Origin: the human T2T-CHM13v2.0 reference genome, Homo sapiens
NCBI RefSeq assembly: GCF_009914755.1
Contig: NC_060931.1
Length of the DNA stretch: 64,000 bases
Reading direction: 5' to 3' (one strand)
A program made the position numbers and the translations under genes. Shown in pieces: positions 21,031 to 40,554 of this stretch (its first letter is position 1; the number at the start of each line of letters is the position of its first letter). The notes below the pieces were generated by a model that ran no database searches, was not told the origin of the DNA, and saw only the letters and a list, made by a program, of their open reading frames with translations.

Positions 21031-24000
21031 AAGTTACTACTGTTTAGGAATAGGTGGTAAAAAGACAAGTAAAAGGAAAGGAATAATTAGCCAAATACTA
21101 GAATAGTGGTGACGCTGGGGTGGCGGTAGTGGCTCACATGGGGTTTATGAATTACTGTTGATGTTTTTCATCTGAGTGGCAGGTTCAGAGGTGTTTGTTC
21201 ATGCTGTTTCACGCTGTGCCTATTTTTTCAGACCCTCTTCTGTAGTCATACAGGATAGGAGAGAGATGTATACACTTCAGAATTTTAAAAAGAGCAAAAG
21301 AGAAAAAACACAGACTGAAGGCCATGAAAAAAACTGTCCTTAGGGCTGGGCCGCTCCCTCCAGGCAGTTTCTGCAACGGGTGCAGATGCCGTCCAATGCG
21401 ATTGTCCGCCCCCGTCTCAGAGCCCCACGGCCAGCTGAGGTCCTTTGAAAAGCTCCGCTCCCTGCTTTCTGCCACCTGCTCCTGCCAAGCAGGCTGTGTA
21501 GGCTGGAAGCCACCAGTGGCTTTGTCACATGACCACAAATGCATAAAAATGACAGGAACACTCAGTTTTAAAAGTATTTTTTAAAATATGAAAACACTAG
21601 TATGTCAAGGTTGAGGAACTGAAGGTCAAGAGCTCCAAGGCCTCTGTTGGCAATGTGTAGCTTGGATGTGTGGACAAAGAGAGCCCCACGTGATGGACGT
21701 GCTTTCTTCCCATCGCCCGCCTCTGCCTGGGGAAGGAGTGGAGATTGAAGACACACCCAACGCGTGCAGAGTCCAGGCAGGAGGGCACACCCCAGCACGA
21801 GCTGCTCAGGCTCGCCTCCCAGCAGCGCTGCCTCCCTAGGTCCACAACCTGCTGTGTTCTGCACAGGCTCGACTCAATAGAATGCCTTACCAGTACACCA
21901 GGGGGACACCAAGTCAGAGGATCTGAACTGGCTCACTGCCAATCACCCAGGAGATCAAAGCAATCAATGTCAGTGGTCTTTCCCGGACGCTGTGGTAAGC
22001 ACCTGAGAACCACCCAGGCCCTTCTGCCTGTCAAATCAACGCCGTGGCTTCACTTCCTTCTGGGCAGAGCCTATTCTTCATTCCAAAGACCTAAGATGAC
22101 TATGGCACCACGTCACATCAGGGCGTCCCTGACGAGCACTGCACCAGAGCCTGTGAAGACTTTCCACACACATCCCTCAAGCAGGACAGACCTGTCACTG
22201 TCCCTTTAAACCTTCCCAACCTCCACCCTCCAAATCCATCTCCATTTCCTTCTACAGGCAGCTTATCCAGAGCTAAGTTTAGCTACGACCATTTCTAATC
22301 TTTCCTCTAGGGACAGCGTCGAGCTCCCTACTGCTGGACCGTCCCAGCTGCGTGGCTTTACCAAGTCACCAGAGGTTAGCTTGTCTGCAAGAGGCTGGTG
22401 ACACGAGGAACAGAAGTTGTCACATCCTCACAGCAATGTGGCTTCTTTGGTGGGGAGTGGGGGGTTCTGGCTGGCACCTTCCCCACTCCAGCTCCCCCTG
22501 TCCTTCCCACAGTCTTGACGAAGTTGCTTGCTCTCAGTCCTCACAGTTCATGGGTAGTTTTGGGACAGCATGTTGTTTTAGACCCAAAACAATGACATGT
22601 AAACGGAGTCAGGAACGTAGCACGCATCTCATAGAAAGCATTTCCTACACGTCTGGCTCTCGGCTGTGGGGCTCCTCTTAGAGTTATGCGGATGGGAGAC
22701 AACCACGGCCGCCTCACCGAGCCACCGTGCACGGCACTGCGCAAACAAGCTCCCAGCACAGCAGCCCCGGCTCTGCTACCTCCCGGCCGTGGATGGCACA
22801 GTCCCCCTCTGGGTCTCAGTTTCCTCTTCTATGAGGTCAAAGCCACCACCCCATGCTCACAGAGCCGTCTGCTGGCTATGCCTAGAGGCACGGGGTGGGC
22901 ACGCAGATGGCAGCTGTGATTTCCCTGAAACCAGACATCTGTGCCACACAGACTCCCAAGGACGGCTGACTTCATGGCAGAATTTGAGATATTTCAGAAG
23001 CCTAGTACAAATAAAGAAGAAAACCAGAAACTTTTTCCTAAAACCTGATGCAATTCAGGATGACTAAAAAGAGCTGGAACGGACAGCATCGCCCTCCAGA
23101 ATTGTCACTACCTCATCTACCGAATTCCTAGGATACAAACAGTTCTCACTTTACACAGGGCACGTTCCCGAACCGGCCTCTCAGGACGGAACCCAAAGAC
23201 AATTTCACAGGATTTACAATTTGCAGCTATTGGTTCTCCTTTGACCGAATCCTTGAATTTGCTTAAAAAACAATGAAGAGTTGACAAGATGGGCCACTGG
23301 AAAATGAAAAGAGCATCGGCACTTCACGTTCATTAAAACGTGAAGAGATGACCAACTAATGCTGCTTTCATACCCTGGATAGTGCTGAGTACCTAACAGC
23401 TCTTTAGGTCACAACGTAAAATTCGGCTTCCAGCTGGTCCAGTTTTCCCATCTGTCGTATCCACGGAATGTCCAAATGTAAGGGAAAAATGTGGAGTGTC
23501 CAGCCGCCCACCAGTCCACCCAGCACCACAGCCTAACCTCACCGAGGCCTCCCAGCACTCACACAGAACACTCGCAGAGAACTGCGGCTCCATCCGCATT
23601 CCTTACCTTCATTACTGTCCCTACCTCCAGCCCCTCCAGAAAAAAGCGAAAGCGGCAGAGAAACCTGTGAAAACAAGACATGCCAAAAATACTGACTCAA
23701 AATACCAAAAGCTCTCACCCTGAGGTGGAGGGGTCAACCCAGGCTTCGTTTCTAGGAGAAGTTGTAAGGGCTTCGTGTTCTGCACTGCTAGGAAACACCA
23801 CCCTGACTTAGGGTCGTCACAGAAGGTGCACATGGCGGGGCCGGCGTGCACCCACCACTCACGCCAGGCGCTGCGCGACTGCTGCTGGACACACACGATC
23901 CCACCGAATCCAGACACGGTATGGCGGTTCCCACTTTCCTCACTGAGGAAACCAAAGCTTAGACGTTAACTTGGCCAAGGGCAAAAACGCTACTTAACTC

Positions 24001-24140
24001 CAAAGTCCAGCCTCTGAACCCACCCGTGTGCGGGGCCTGAGGTGTGAGTAGCCTAACTGTGGACTACAAAAGCAGTTCCACCACGCCTTCTATTCTGGAG
24101 TTAGATCCAATGACATTTCCTGAAAATTACATTTACAAAC

Positions 24141-24437
24141 CCAAAAAAGGACAATCCCCTTCCGGATAAGACCCCAATGCCATGAAGCACAGAGCGGCAG
24201 GACGATGAGAGGATAAATCATTTGGAAAGAAACCACGCTGCCCGGGTGGAGGAGCGCCAGAGGGAAGCAGGCCCCATGTCCTCCCTCCCGCAGGAAGTGC
24301 ACCAGGCCCGTCCTTTCCACCCAGGCTGTACAAAAGGGAGGAGGAGCACTCAGGGCGGCCTCCCATCCGCCACACACCCAGTCAGCGCGGCTCCGAAGCA
24401 GGAGAGGGCCAGCTCCGAGCCCTGCTCGTGGAGCCAT
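24141..24437 (-). CDS. GNA12: Probable GNA12 alternative first coding exon (99 aa, MAPRAGLGAG...RKGIVLFW)
   Basis: ATG at 24437 (ccaATGG), then 297 nt to TGG|gtttgt, a phase-0 donor matching the phase of intron 2. It sits in a CpG-rich block and fits my recollection of an annotated N-terminally substituted GNA12 isoform (not verified here). Confidence 0.7.
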
Positions 24438-24739
24438 TGGTGCTGCGGCGGGGAGAAGAGGCCACAGGCGGGGACGCCCCAGACACTCCCGTGGGGCCCG
24501 TGCCAGGGTCTCCTGCTCCTCAGAAAGAGCCCTTGTGTGCTACTGTGGTCGCCAACAGCCCCGCCGGCCACTGGCCCAGGACTCAGCGTGCCGTTCCTCC
24601 AGGACGCAGACCGGGGCTCCCTACCAGCCTTGAGTGAGAGACCACAAGCAGCCTCTGAAGTCATCTTCCTCTCTCTTCTCAGAAGCATTTCTCGAATATT
24701 CTGCTGACAAGAGGTTAGCAGGACTTCACAAGACACCCC

Positions 24740-24740
<1 letters not shown>

Positions 24741-24782
<42 letters not shown>
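24741..24782. repeat. (AC)21 microsatellite
   Basis: Perfect dinucleotide run. Confidence 0.98.
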
Positions 24783-24784
<2 letters not shown>

Positions 24785-25629
24785 TCTCAACACAGTTCAG
24801 AAAACACATTTGCCTTCCCAGGCCCGTGGGAGGAGTGCTGTGAGGCTGAGACACAGCCCGGCTTGCTGACGGCACAAATGCCGGTGCGCCCTCGGCACAG
24901 TTTGTTTGCTTCATCCGGCGGAGAAGGCCGAGTTCCAGCTCAGGGAGCCCACAAAGGAGCTCTTCCTATGGCCCTGCCAAACGCCTGGAGCAAAGGTTTT
25001 GTCTGGAAAAGCTCCCCGAGCTCCCTCAACCCCGGCAGCAGTGCTGCTCTATGGCTGAGGATGAAGCTCCAGTCCATGTCCCAAGCAGTGTCTCAATTCT
25101 CAATGGTCCTGTAATCTAAGGCTAGCTCGAAACAAAAAACAATTATTTTAAGGTCTAAAATATGCAGAAAGAGCTGCAGTGAACACATTTACACTTCCCA
25201 AGGACAAGCATCTAAGGAAGATCCCTGGTAAGAATGAGAAAGCCTGGGCTTGTCCAGGAAACCAAAGCTTCTTCTAAATGTGCCTTCCCTGCACAAAATG
25301 CCTCCCCCACAGGCTCTGCTTTTCCTGTCGCCTGGAACAAGAAAGCTCCCTGGGCAGGCGAGGCCGGGACCTCTGCACTGAGATCCCCACTCAGTGGCCT
25401 CCATGGCTGGCAGAGAGCGAGGGAGACGGAGAGAGAAGGAGCTCAGCTGAGCTGTTGCTTTAGAGTCTTGGTTAAAGTGAATCCAATTATGCACCCTTCT
25501 TTCCTATAGCAACACTACAGGGGCATGAGAACAGGGTACGCACCTAAAGTGAGGCTTGCCTATACTTTCTAGAAGTCTTCCTAAGGCTGCTGTGCTGGTG
25601 TCCTCTGATTGGTTGAGTATTTTTTATCA

Positions 25630-25933
25630 TTTTGGTTTTGAGACAGGGTCTCACTCTGTTGCCCAGGTTAGGGGGCCGTGGTGCAATCATGGCTCACTGC
25701 AGCCTCAAACTGAAGTGGGCTCAAGTGATCCTCCTGCCTCAGCCTCCTGAGTAGCTGGGACCACGGGCACGTGCCACCTATCCCCAGCTAATTTCTTTTT
25801 TTTTTTTTTTTTTAATAAAGATGGGATCTCACTATGTTGCCCAGGCAGGTCTCAAACTCCTAGGCTGGAGTGATCCTCCCATCTCAGCCTCCCAAAGTGC
25901 CAGGATTCCAGGCGTGTGCTCCCGCATCCAGGC
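25630..25933 (-). mobile_element. AluJ
   Basis: Diverged Alu. Confidence 0.85.
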
Positions 25934-26669
25934 AGTCTGGTTTATTATTCACACAGAAGTACATCTGATATTGCTGACCAGAGGAGAGTTGAGATTCCGT
26001 ATGAAGTCTATTTGTTCAATTACCTGAATCCTCTGAGACGCCCCAGTTGCCCAGTATTCACAGTGGTTGTGGTCGGGCTCAGCGTTTACTTCACAATCCA
26101 GACTCCTGGGCTTTGTCTCTGACATGTGAATGAATGATCTCCTCTGCCATGGCTTAGGGAGCCAGGGCCTGTCAGCTGGTCTCATCAGAGCTGAGGCTGC
26201 CCTCGAGGTGGGGTTCTGTCTGAATGCATCTGAGTTTTGCTTTATTTCTCTGTAAACTGTAGGTGAGCTGGGTGAACCCAGTAGCTTCAGCCACAGCTGG
26301 GAACTGAAGCAGCATCTGAAGTCCCTCTCATTCTCCCAGCGTGAGCCGGCGGACCCTGAAGGGAACACTGAGACTGACCACAGCTGGACTTGCGCCGCCT
26401 CGTCCTCTTAGTGAATGAGGTCCTCAGAGGCTTAAGCACGCGTTAGTTATCCAAAATGCTTCTGTTCAGGTGAATGCACAAAGCGTTGAGGTAGGTCAAC
26501 TGCATTTTGTACGGTGGAAAAGTAATAAGCAGTTTGCTTTTTGTATTATAATGAAAATGAAAACCTTTCCTTAAAGGAAAGGAAGCATAATCTCAGAAAT
26601 CTGAATCCAGGGAATCCCAAATAACCCCCCCAAATTTTAATCCTTGACATTCATAATCACTTGGATTAA

Positions 26670-28980
<2,311 letters not shown>

Positions 28981-29224
28981 GGTACTTAAAAAAAAATAGC
29001 TATGCTGCATTCCACTGAATAAATGTACAATCACTTATGTGACCCTTTCGATAGCCACCTGGGGGCATTTCCAGTGTTTTGCTGCCATCAACAACTGTGA
29101 CATGAATACCCTTTATAGTACCCTCTCTCACACACAAGAACAACTGTTTCCCTGTCTTCTTATTTAAAATCAACTCTTGGCTGGCGCGTTTCAAGTTTTT
29201 TACTTCTTCATTTGTATTGTAACT

Positions 29225-29830
<606 letters not shown>

Positions 29831-30486
29831 TTAAATACAGCAAATGTAGTGACTAAGGAATTGCTAATTCAAACCTGGATCTCTCAGCTTCAAAGTCATG
29901 TCACTTCATCCAGTGAAGATCAGTAGCCTTCCTTTTTGAGGTCCTGGCTTAGCAAGCTACGTTTTTCCTAGTATTTCTCTGCTTCAGAGAACTCAGAAAA
30001 ACACTAACTGCATTCGAGGACTGCGTGAAATGAAATCACATCCTAGAGTCCTGAGACATGCCCTTAAAATCATGGATGTAACACTCAGGAAAACAAAGGT
30101 TAGAGTAAAACCTAATGCTAATAAGTTTTCTTTCAAAATGGTTATAATGCAGTTACGTACATTTAGAAAATTAATTCAGTTATAAAATTAGGTAACAGGT
30201 GAATATGCTCTCAAGGTAAAAAAAAAACAAAACAAAACAAAAAAAAAAACAGTAAACCTATGGATAAAGGAGAGTTCATTCCCACTCATTCCCACAACTA
30301 TTAATCACTGTTATCAACTTGGCATACACTTTTCTACCTTTGTTTCTGTATTTAATATGTGTATATTGTATGTGGAGAAATCTACACTTTAATGATTTGT
30401 TTGGTTTATATAAATGGGATAAACTACTACACATTGATTGTTTTCCAAGTTGGTTTTTACCCTTACCATGCCTTAGATATATTTCC

Positions 30487-31363
<877 letters not shown>

Positions 31364-31751
31364 CTAATGAACAAGGGTTTAAGATACCCACTTCTTTATA
31401 CCCTTAACACACTGGATATTATCAATTGAATTTTTTTCTGAATTTGATGGGTGAAAAGTGATATGTCATTACATTTTAAGTCTAAGTGTTTTTGTTTTTT
31501 TAAATCATGGGGGGGCAAGTACTTTTTCAAAATTGCTTTTATAAAATTAAAGGTTTATAATAGGAAGTTACAATAAAATAGATCATAGTGACATGCAGAG
31601 CTAAGATTCAATTCAAGCTATAGACTGGCCTGGTACTGTGAGGAAAATAAAATATATCCTCAACATTATTCAACTGCATAGATAGCAACAAATAAACAAA
31701 CCTACAATGTATGACTTTACTGAGGTTCACTGCCATAATATACTATAAACA

Positions 31752-31881
31752 GGATAACCATATGCCCCACTTGCCCTGGAGAGTCCCAATTTGAGTCAAT
31801 CATCTTGGCAAAATTGTTTAATAGGGTCTTGTTTTATTTATAAACATGTCCCATTTGGAAATTAAATTAAATGATCACACA
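31752..31881. mobile_element. MER94-like hAT-Blackjack MITE
   Basis: aggataaccatatgccccacttgccctggagagtccc ... taaatgatcacac. Confidence 0.6.
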
Positions 31882-32021
31882 ATTTTAAATTTAGGCTCAA
31901 ATTGAGGCTCAATAGCCTCTAGAACCATATCAAGCTCAAAGAGTTCAATTCTGACATAGTTCAGCTAGGCTTGTGACAGGGCAATGCTTGTCCATTGGAG
32001 TTGGCATTAGATTAAGTTAGA

Positions 32022-35870
<3,849 letters not shown>

Positions 35871-35874
35871 TGAA

Positions 35875-36150
35875 ATAGGGAAAGGTAATAGGTAGTGGTG
35901 GGTGCGGTTTTGACTTTAATCAAGATTGTCAGGTAAGATTTCATGAAGATAACATCTGAGTCAAAACCTTGATGAGATAAAGGAGGAAGTGCATTCCAGG
36001 CAGAAGGAACAGCAAGCACAAGGGCCCTGATGGCGCTGGGAGGCCCTGAGTGTGCAGGGAGCAGCAGGAAGGCCAGTGCGCCTGCAGCAGTGACAGAGAG
36101 GAGGGGAGCAGGAGATGGGCTTGCCGAGGCAAAGGGGGGGTCCAGGTTGC
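35875..36150 (-). mobile_element. LINE2 fragment
   Basis: gcattccagggcagaaggaacagcaagcacaagggccctga...gaaggccagtg is typical of L2. Confidence 0.7.
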
Positions 36151-37399
36151 TAATGTGTCGAATGCTTTAATGATATAAGGGTCAAAAAAAGTACAAGGTT
36201 TGAGAACCTACAGTCAACACGTGTCACTGAATCTTCATTCCTTTTGCACTTACAGGTTTGTCTTCCTTTTTATATAACTTCTTTCAAAGGTAAATAAAAT
36301 CAGGCACGTCTAAGAATAAACATAAGTACAAAGCCCAGGGTACTTGTTTTTCCCCCCTTTTAAACACTGTCACATATTTACGCAGCTATCTGTGTTACTG
36401 AGCCACCTTCTTACCTGGGGTTGGGTTGACTCATGCACAGTGGTTGGCACAGCAGGCAGTCAAGATATGAGAGTCAATATTAATAATATTCTCAAAAGAG
36501 TATGAATTGCACAATTTAATTTACCGACATCCCTTCCCAATTTGGTGGCACCAGACGTGGCTTAAAGAGTTAAACAATTTGGACTTTTCACTATGTGATG
36601 AGTTACTTCCCCTCTACTGAGGATGACTAACATCTTTCAAGTTTTTGGATAGACAATACATGCACAGAGTACCAAATTCGTAACAGGGGAGGAGGACGCT
36701 AGAGAAACCAGTGTCTCAGCTCCCTAGCTCTCCTTTCTGTAGGCAGCCGCTGCGCCAGCTTCCAGGGTGTTGAGGTTTGATTTGAATAGGCTTAAGATAT
36801 CCTTTCTCTGGTGCTAGTATGCTGCTTTTAATTTTGCAGCCTCATTTAGGGTTAGATACGGTCATATTAAGTTGATGGGAAGGAGACAGAGCCAGCCTGA
36901 ATGTCCTGGGTGATGAGGATTGAAGTCATGGGGTCTAAAAAGGTTCTGGAAGACGAAGAGTGGGAACGACAAACCGAGAGGAGGAAAATCATCTGCAAAT
37001 AAAGCCTCCATTGCTGATCCCTTCTATCTCAGCCACAGCAGCTCAGGAGGAACGTCGTGCCCAGTGTCTCGAAAAGGCCTGGAGCCGAAGCACTCTGCCA
37101 GCTCTTTTCATAAACGCAGAAGCAAAACAGAGCTGCCTGGTCTATGGGCATCTGCGAAACTTGGATACTAAACGCCTGTGTCCTACCCAACAGCCTGTTC
37201 TAACGTGACGGGCTTTCTTAGGAGAAGATATCTGCCATCAAACTCTGCCTATGAATTAAAGCAGAGGGCCAGGCTCCGAATCACGTCACAAGTGGAAGAG
37301 ACCTCAGAGGCTCATCAGTGGCTCTCAATACAGGCCAGGCTCAGAATCACCTAAGGAGCCTCCCACAGAGCTGGCAGAGTCCTCCCCTCCCTTCATCCC

Positions 37400-38720
37400 T
37401 CACACTACCTGGACAGGTTACCCAGGGGCACAGGGCCCAGACCCGTACTGTGGAAAAGGTCCGTACAGCTAGGCTTGATGCAGCCATTCTGCCTGCCAGC
37501 TGGAGAGACAGAAACTGCCGGTGGCTATGGGGCAGCTCCCCTGGTGGGAAGGCCCTGGACACAGCTGGCAAGTATAGCCCTGGGGGCTAACAATGGGTCT
37601 TTTGATTTTTTTTTATGAGACTGGGTTTCACCCTGTCATCCAGGTTAGACCGCTCATTGCAGCCTCAACCTCCTGGGCTTCAGCAGTCCTTGCTCAGGCT
37701 GGTCTCTAACTCCTAGGCTCAAGTGATCTTCCCATCTCAGCCTCCCAAAGTGCTGGGATTACAGGTGTGAGCCACCGCGCCCAGCCAACAAATGGGTCTT
37801 AACCAGAGTGAACACTGACTCTGGACTGGGCTTTGCTTGCCTGGTGGAAGAGGCCAGTGCTCAGAGTGCTATAGAAAGAACAGAACAGAAGACACTGCTC
37901 GGATCTGGACACCGACCGTCATTTCCTCAGACCAGGGGACACACTGTACATCCCACGGTGTCCAACAACGGGCAGAGACGCATCCTCCTCGGAGTGAGTC
38001 TGACAGAGCAGCGGAACGGGGAGTTAAAACCCTGGCTAAGACAGGGGCGATGAAAGCATGAAGGGCTGGCCCACATTCAACGGCTAAAGGACGTCCCCAT
38101 TCGATGTTCCTGTTTTGTGGATCAGGGAAAGAGGGGCTGGGAAGGAGGCTGGTGTGACCACACAATTCTTGCCGAGAGAGGAGCAGGCTGGCATAAGGAT
38201 TACACATTTTTCTTCCTTCCTTGCATCACCTCAGCTTGGCCACCCTGCTCCCACTTGGTGCAGTGATCCTAGGACCAGGTCTTGCAACCCCAGTGCTGGA
38301 AGCAGAGCTGGTTCCTAAGCAAGAAACTGTACTGTTTTTAAACCTTACGTCGGGGCCAGGAGAGGTGGCTCATGCCTGTAATCCAGGGACTTTGGGAGGC
38401 TGAGGTGGGAGGATCACTTGAACCTGAAAGTTCAAGCCTGCAGTGAGCTGTGACTGTGCAGCTGTGCTTCAGCCTGGGTGACAGAGACTCTGTCTCAATA
38501 ATAAAATAAGAATAAACCTTACACTGGAATTCCAAGGACCTGATGGGGGTGGGTTGTGCCTTTACCCCATCTGGGAGAACTGGGGTTCACGGTGACTGCA
38601 GCTGTACTTCCTGGTGGTAAATACAGCCCCCTAGTCCTGCACCTGTGTAGCCCTACCCTATCTGAATGGGAGTGGACTGAGGGGAGACACTGGCTAGGTT
38701 ATTGCTGCCTGCAATCCAGA
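37400..38720 (+). mobile_element. Degenerate ERV-L (class III) internal fragment: integrase core followed by dUTPase, split by two Alu pieces
   Basis: SWQV (~37563), WVLTRVNTDSGLGFA (37793) and ISSDQGTHCT (37921) resemble the ERVL integrase. LGFTVTAAVLPGG...WEWTEG/TLARLLLP (38550-38715) resembles the ERVL dUTPase. Confidence 0.7.
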
Positions 38721-38988
38721 CCAGCACAGTGACTGAACCTAATGCTCCTTTCAAACGTGGACGCTTGGGTATAAATGAAGAAAAGGAGGACTAGTAGCAG
38801 AGGGTAACGGAATGAATAAATGGGCCATATGATAGAAATCCAATGGTATATTAATACCTCGAAAGCAGCTTCAAAACAAGAGATGATATTGTCTCTTAGT
38901 TCAATTATACCAGATGCCTGAAAGGGCGAAGCTATATGTTTGGAAATGGAAAGGAAGACCAAATGTATACTTCACAATATCACAACAC

Positions 38989-39345
38989 TGTTATGAATGG
39001 AATGGCTGTGCCTCCCCAAATTCCTATCCCTAATTCCCAGTGGGATGGTATCTGGAGGTGGGGTCTTTGGGAGGTGATTAGGGTTAGAAGAGGTCATAGG
39101 TGGGAGCATGACCTGATTAGTGCCCTTATAAGAAGACGGAGAGACATCAGAGCTTCTCTCTCTCTCCACCATGTGAGGAAGCAGCAGGAAGGTGGCTGTC
39201 TGCAAGTCAGGAAGAGAGCCCTCACCAGGAACCCCACCGGCCAGCACCTTGATCTTGGGTTCACAGCCTCTGAACTGTGAAAAATATATGTCTGTTTTCA
39301 AGCCACACAGTGTGTGGAACTGTTATGGCAGCTCCAGCTAAGACA
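38989..39345 (+). mobile_element. MaLR LTR (MLT1A-like)
   Basis: TG...CA ends; ggtctttgggaggtgattagggttag; gttatggcagctccagctaagaca. Confidence 0.8.
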
Positions 39346-40554
39346 GAAAACATGATGAAAATACTACTCCTGGGGAATCTGCCCACTCAGATGTGAAAGG
39401 CTCATAAATAAACTCAGATTTGTTTCTAAACCTTGAACTCATAAGCAAGGAAATTTTAAAAAGATCAACTAAAACTTGTGAGGTGTCCCTGGTGATCCCA
39501 GCAAAGATGTCTTCCAACTTCAGAAGAGGAGGGCCTTTCAATCTCCTATTTACCAAACAGCAAATCACAACTGCACTCACATCACAGGAATGTCTCCGAG
39601 GAAATGCTCAAACACGAGCTACACTATGCCGCCTTAGCGGCATAGTCTTTTCCAAAGACTCGCTGGGATACATGTGTCCAGTTGTTAATACTGGTCTGCT
39701 AGAAGGTTTAGTGAGAAGAGACTTAAAAAAAAGCATATTTCGCCACAATTTTTTCAAAAAGAGAAAAGAAAAAAGTCATAACAACTTAATAAATCAAGCA
39801 TTTCATTTGGCTTAAACGCAAAATTCTCACAAAACCTCTCCTAAGAACAGCCAGAATAGGGCAGGCCTTGCTTTTTCACAAGAGCAGGCTGGCTTCTGAG
39901 TCTCCGATCACCACTTATGGATTGCATCAGCCCATCTGTGCCACCTCCCTCCTATCTCTTTTGAGAATTTCATCTTTCATTCAAAACCACCCAAGTTAAA
40001 GTCTGATTTCTTCCATGACACTCACACCAACAGCTCCCTACTTACATAGAGCTGGAGGCTAAATTGTGATCATCTCTCCACAAGTTGGGTAATACAGGCC
40101 CCTACTTCAGGAGTTCAGACCCCTGGCTCTCAGGGAGATGAATGGAAGAAAATCGTTCCTCCTATAGCTCATAGCCCACTGCTGAGCACAAAAGAAATTC
40201 AAAATCAGAGAGCCAGGTAGGTAAACAAATACTACTTGCTAAGCATGGTGCTAGATGTTTTCACATCTCTCAGAGTCAGTCTAAAAGGAGGGTATTAATA
40301 CCGCCTTCCTTGATAGCTAAGGACTGAAGCTTCAATAATATGTAGCGAAAATGGTGAGAGTCCAGGGCTCTTCTCATTCCCTGGGCTTTACTCAGTTCTT
40401 GTGGAAGCTGATTAAATTTGTTGAAATCTGGTAAAAGTGGATGGGGAATGGGGTTGATACTACCACCCTTTGAAACTTTCAGATTAAGGGTACGTTATAT
40501 TTAACCAGAATTATTTCAACTGTAAGCCTTCTTTCAGGAATAATACATAAACTT

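Larger units (their letters stand above)
23780..24930. promoter_or_regulatory. CpG/GC-rich intronic promoter/enhancer around the alternative first exon
   Basis: Unique GC-rich sequence with many retained CpGs, GC boxes (GGGCGG near 24352, GGCGGGG near 24467) and an ETS motif CAGGAAGTG at 24291-24299. Confidence 0.6.

Noticed and set aside
21745-23067. Cluster of 100-150 aa ORFs in a GC-rich unique region
   Set aside because: Expected by chance at high GC. They overlap on both strands with no coding signature.
26024-26118. Minus-strand exon with donor CAG|gtaatt
   Set aside because: The acceptor (ttcacatgtcag) has a poor pyrimidine tract, and the translation does not resemble Galpha12.
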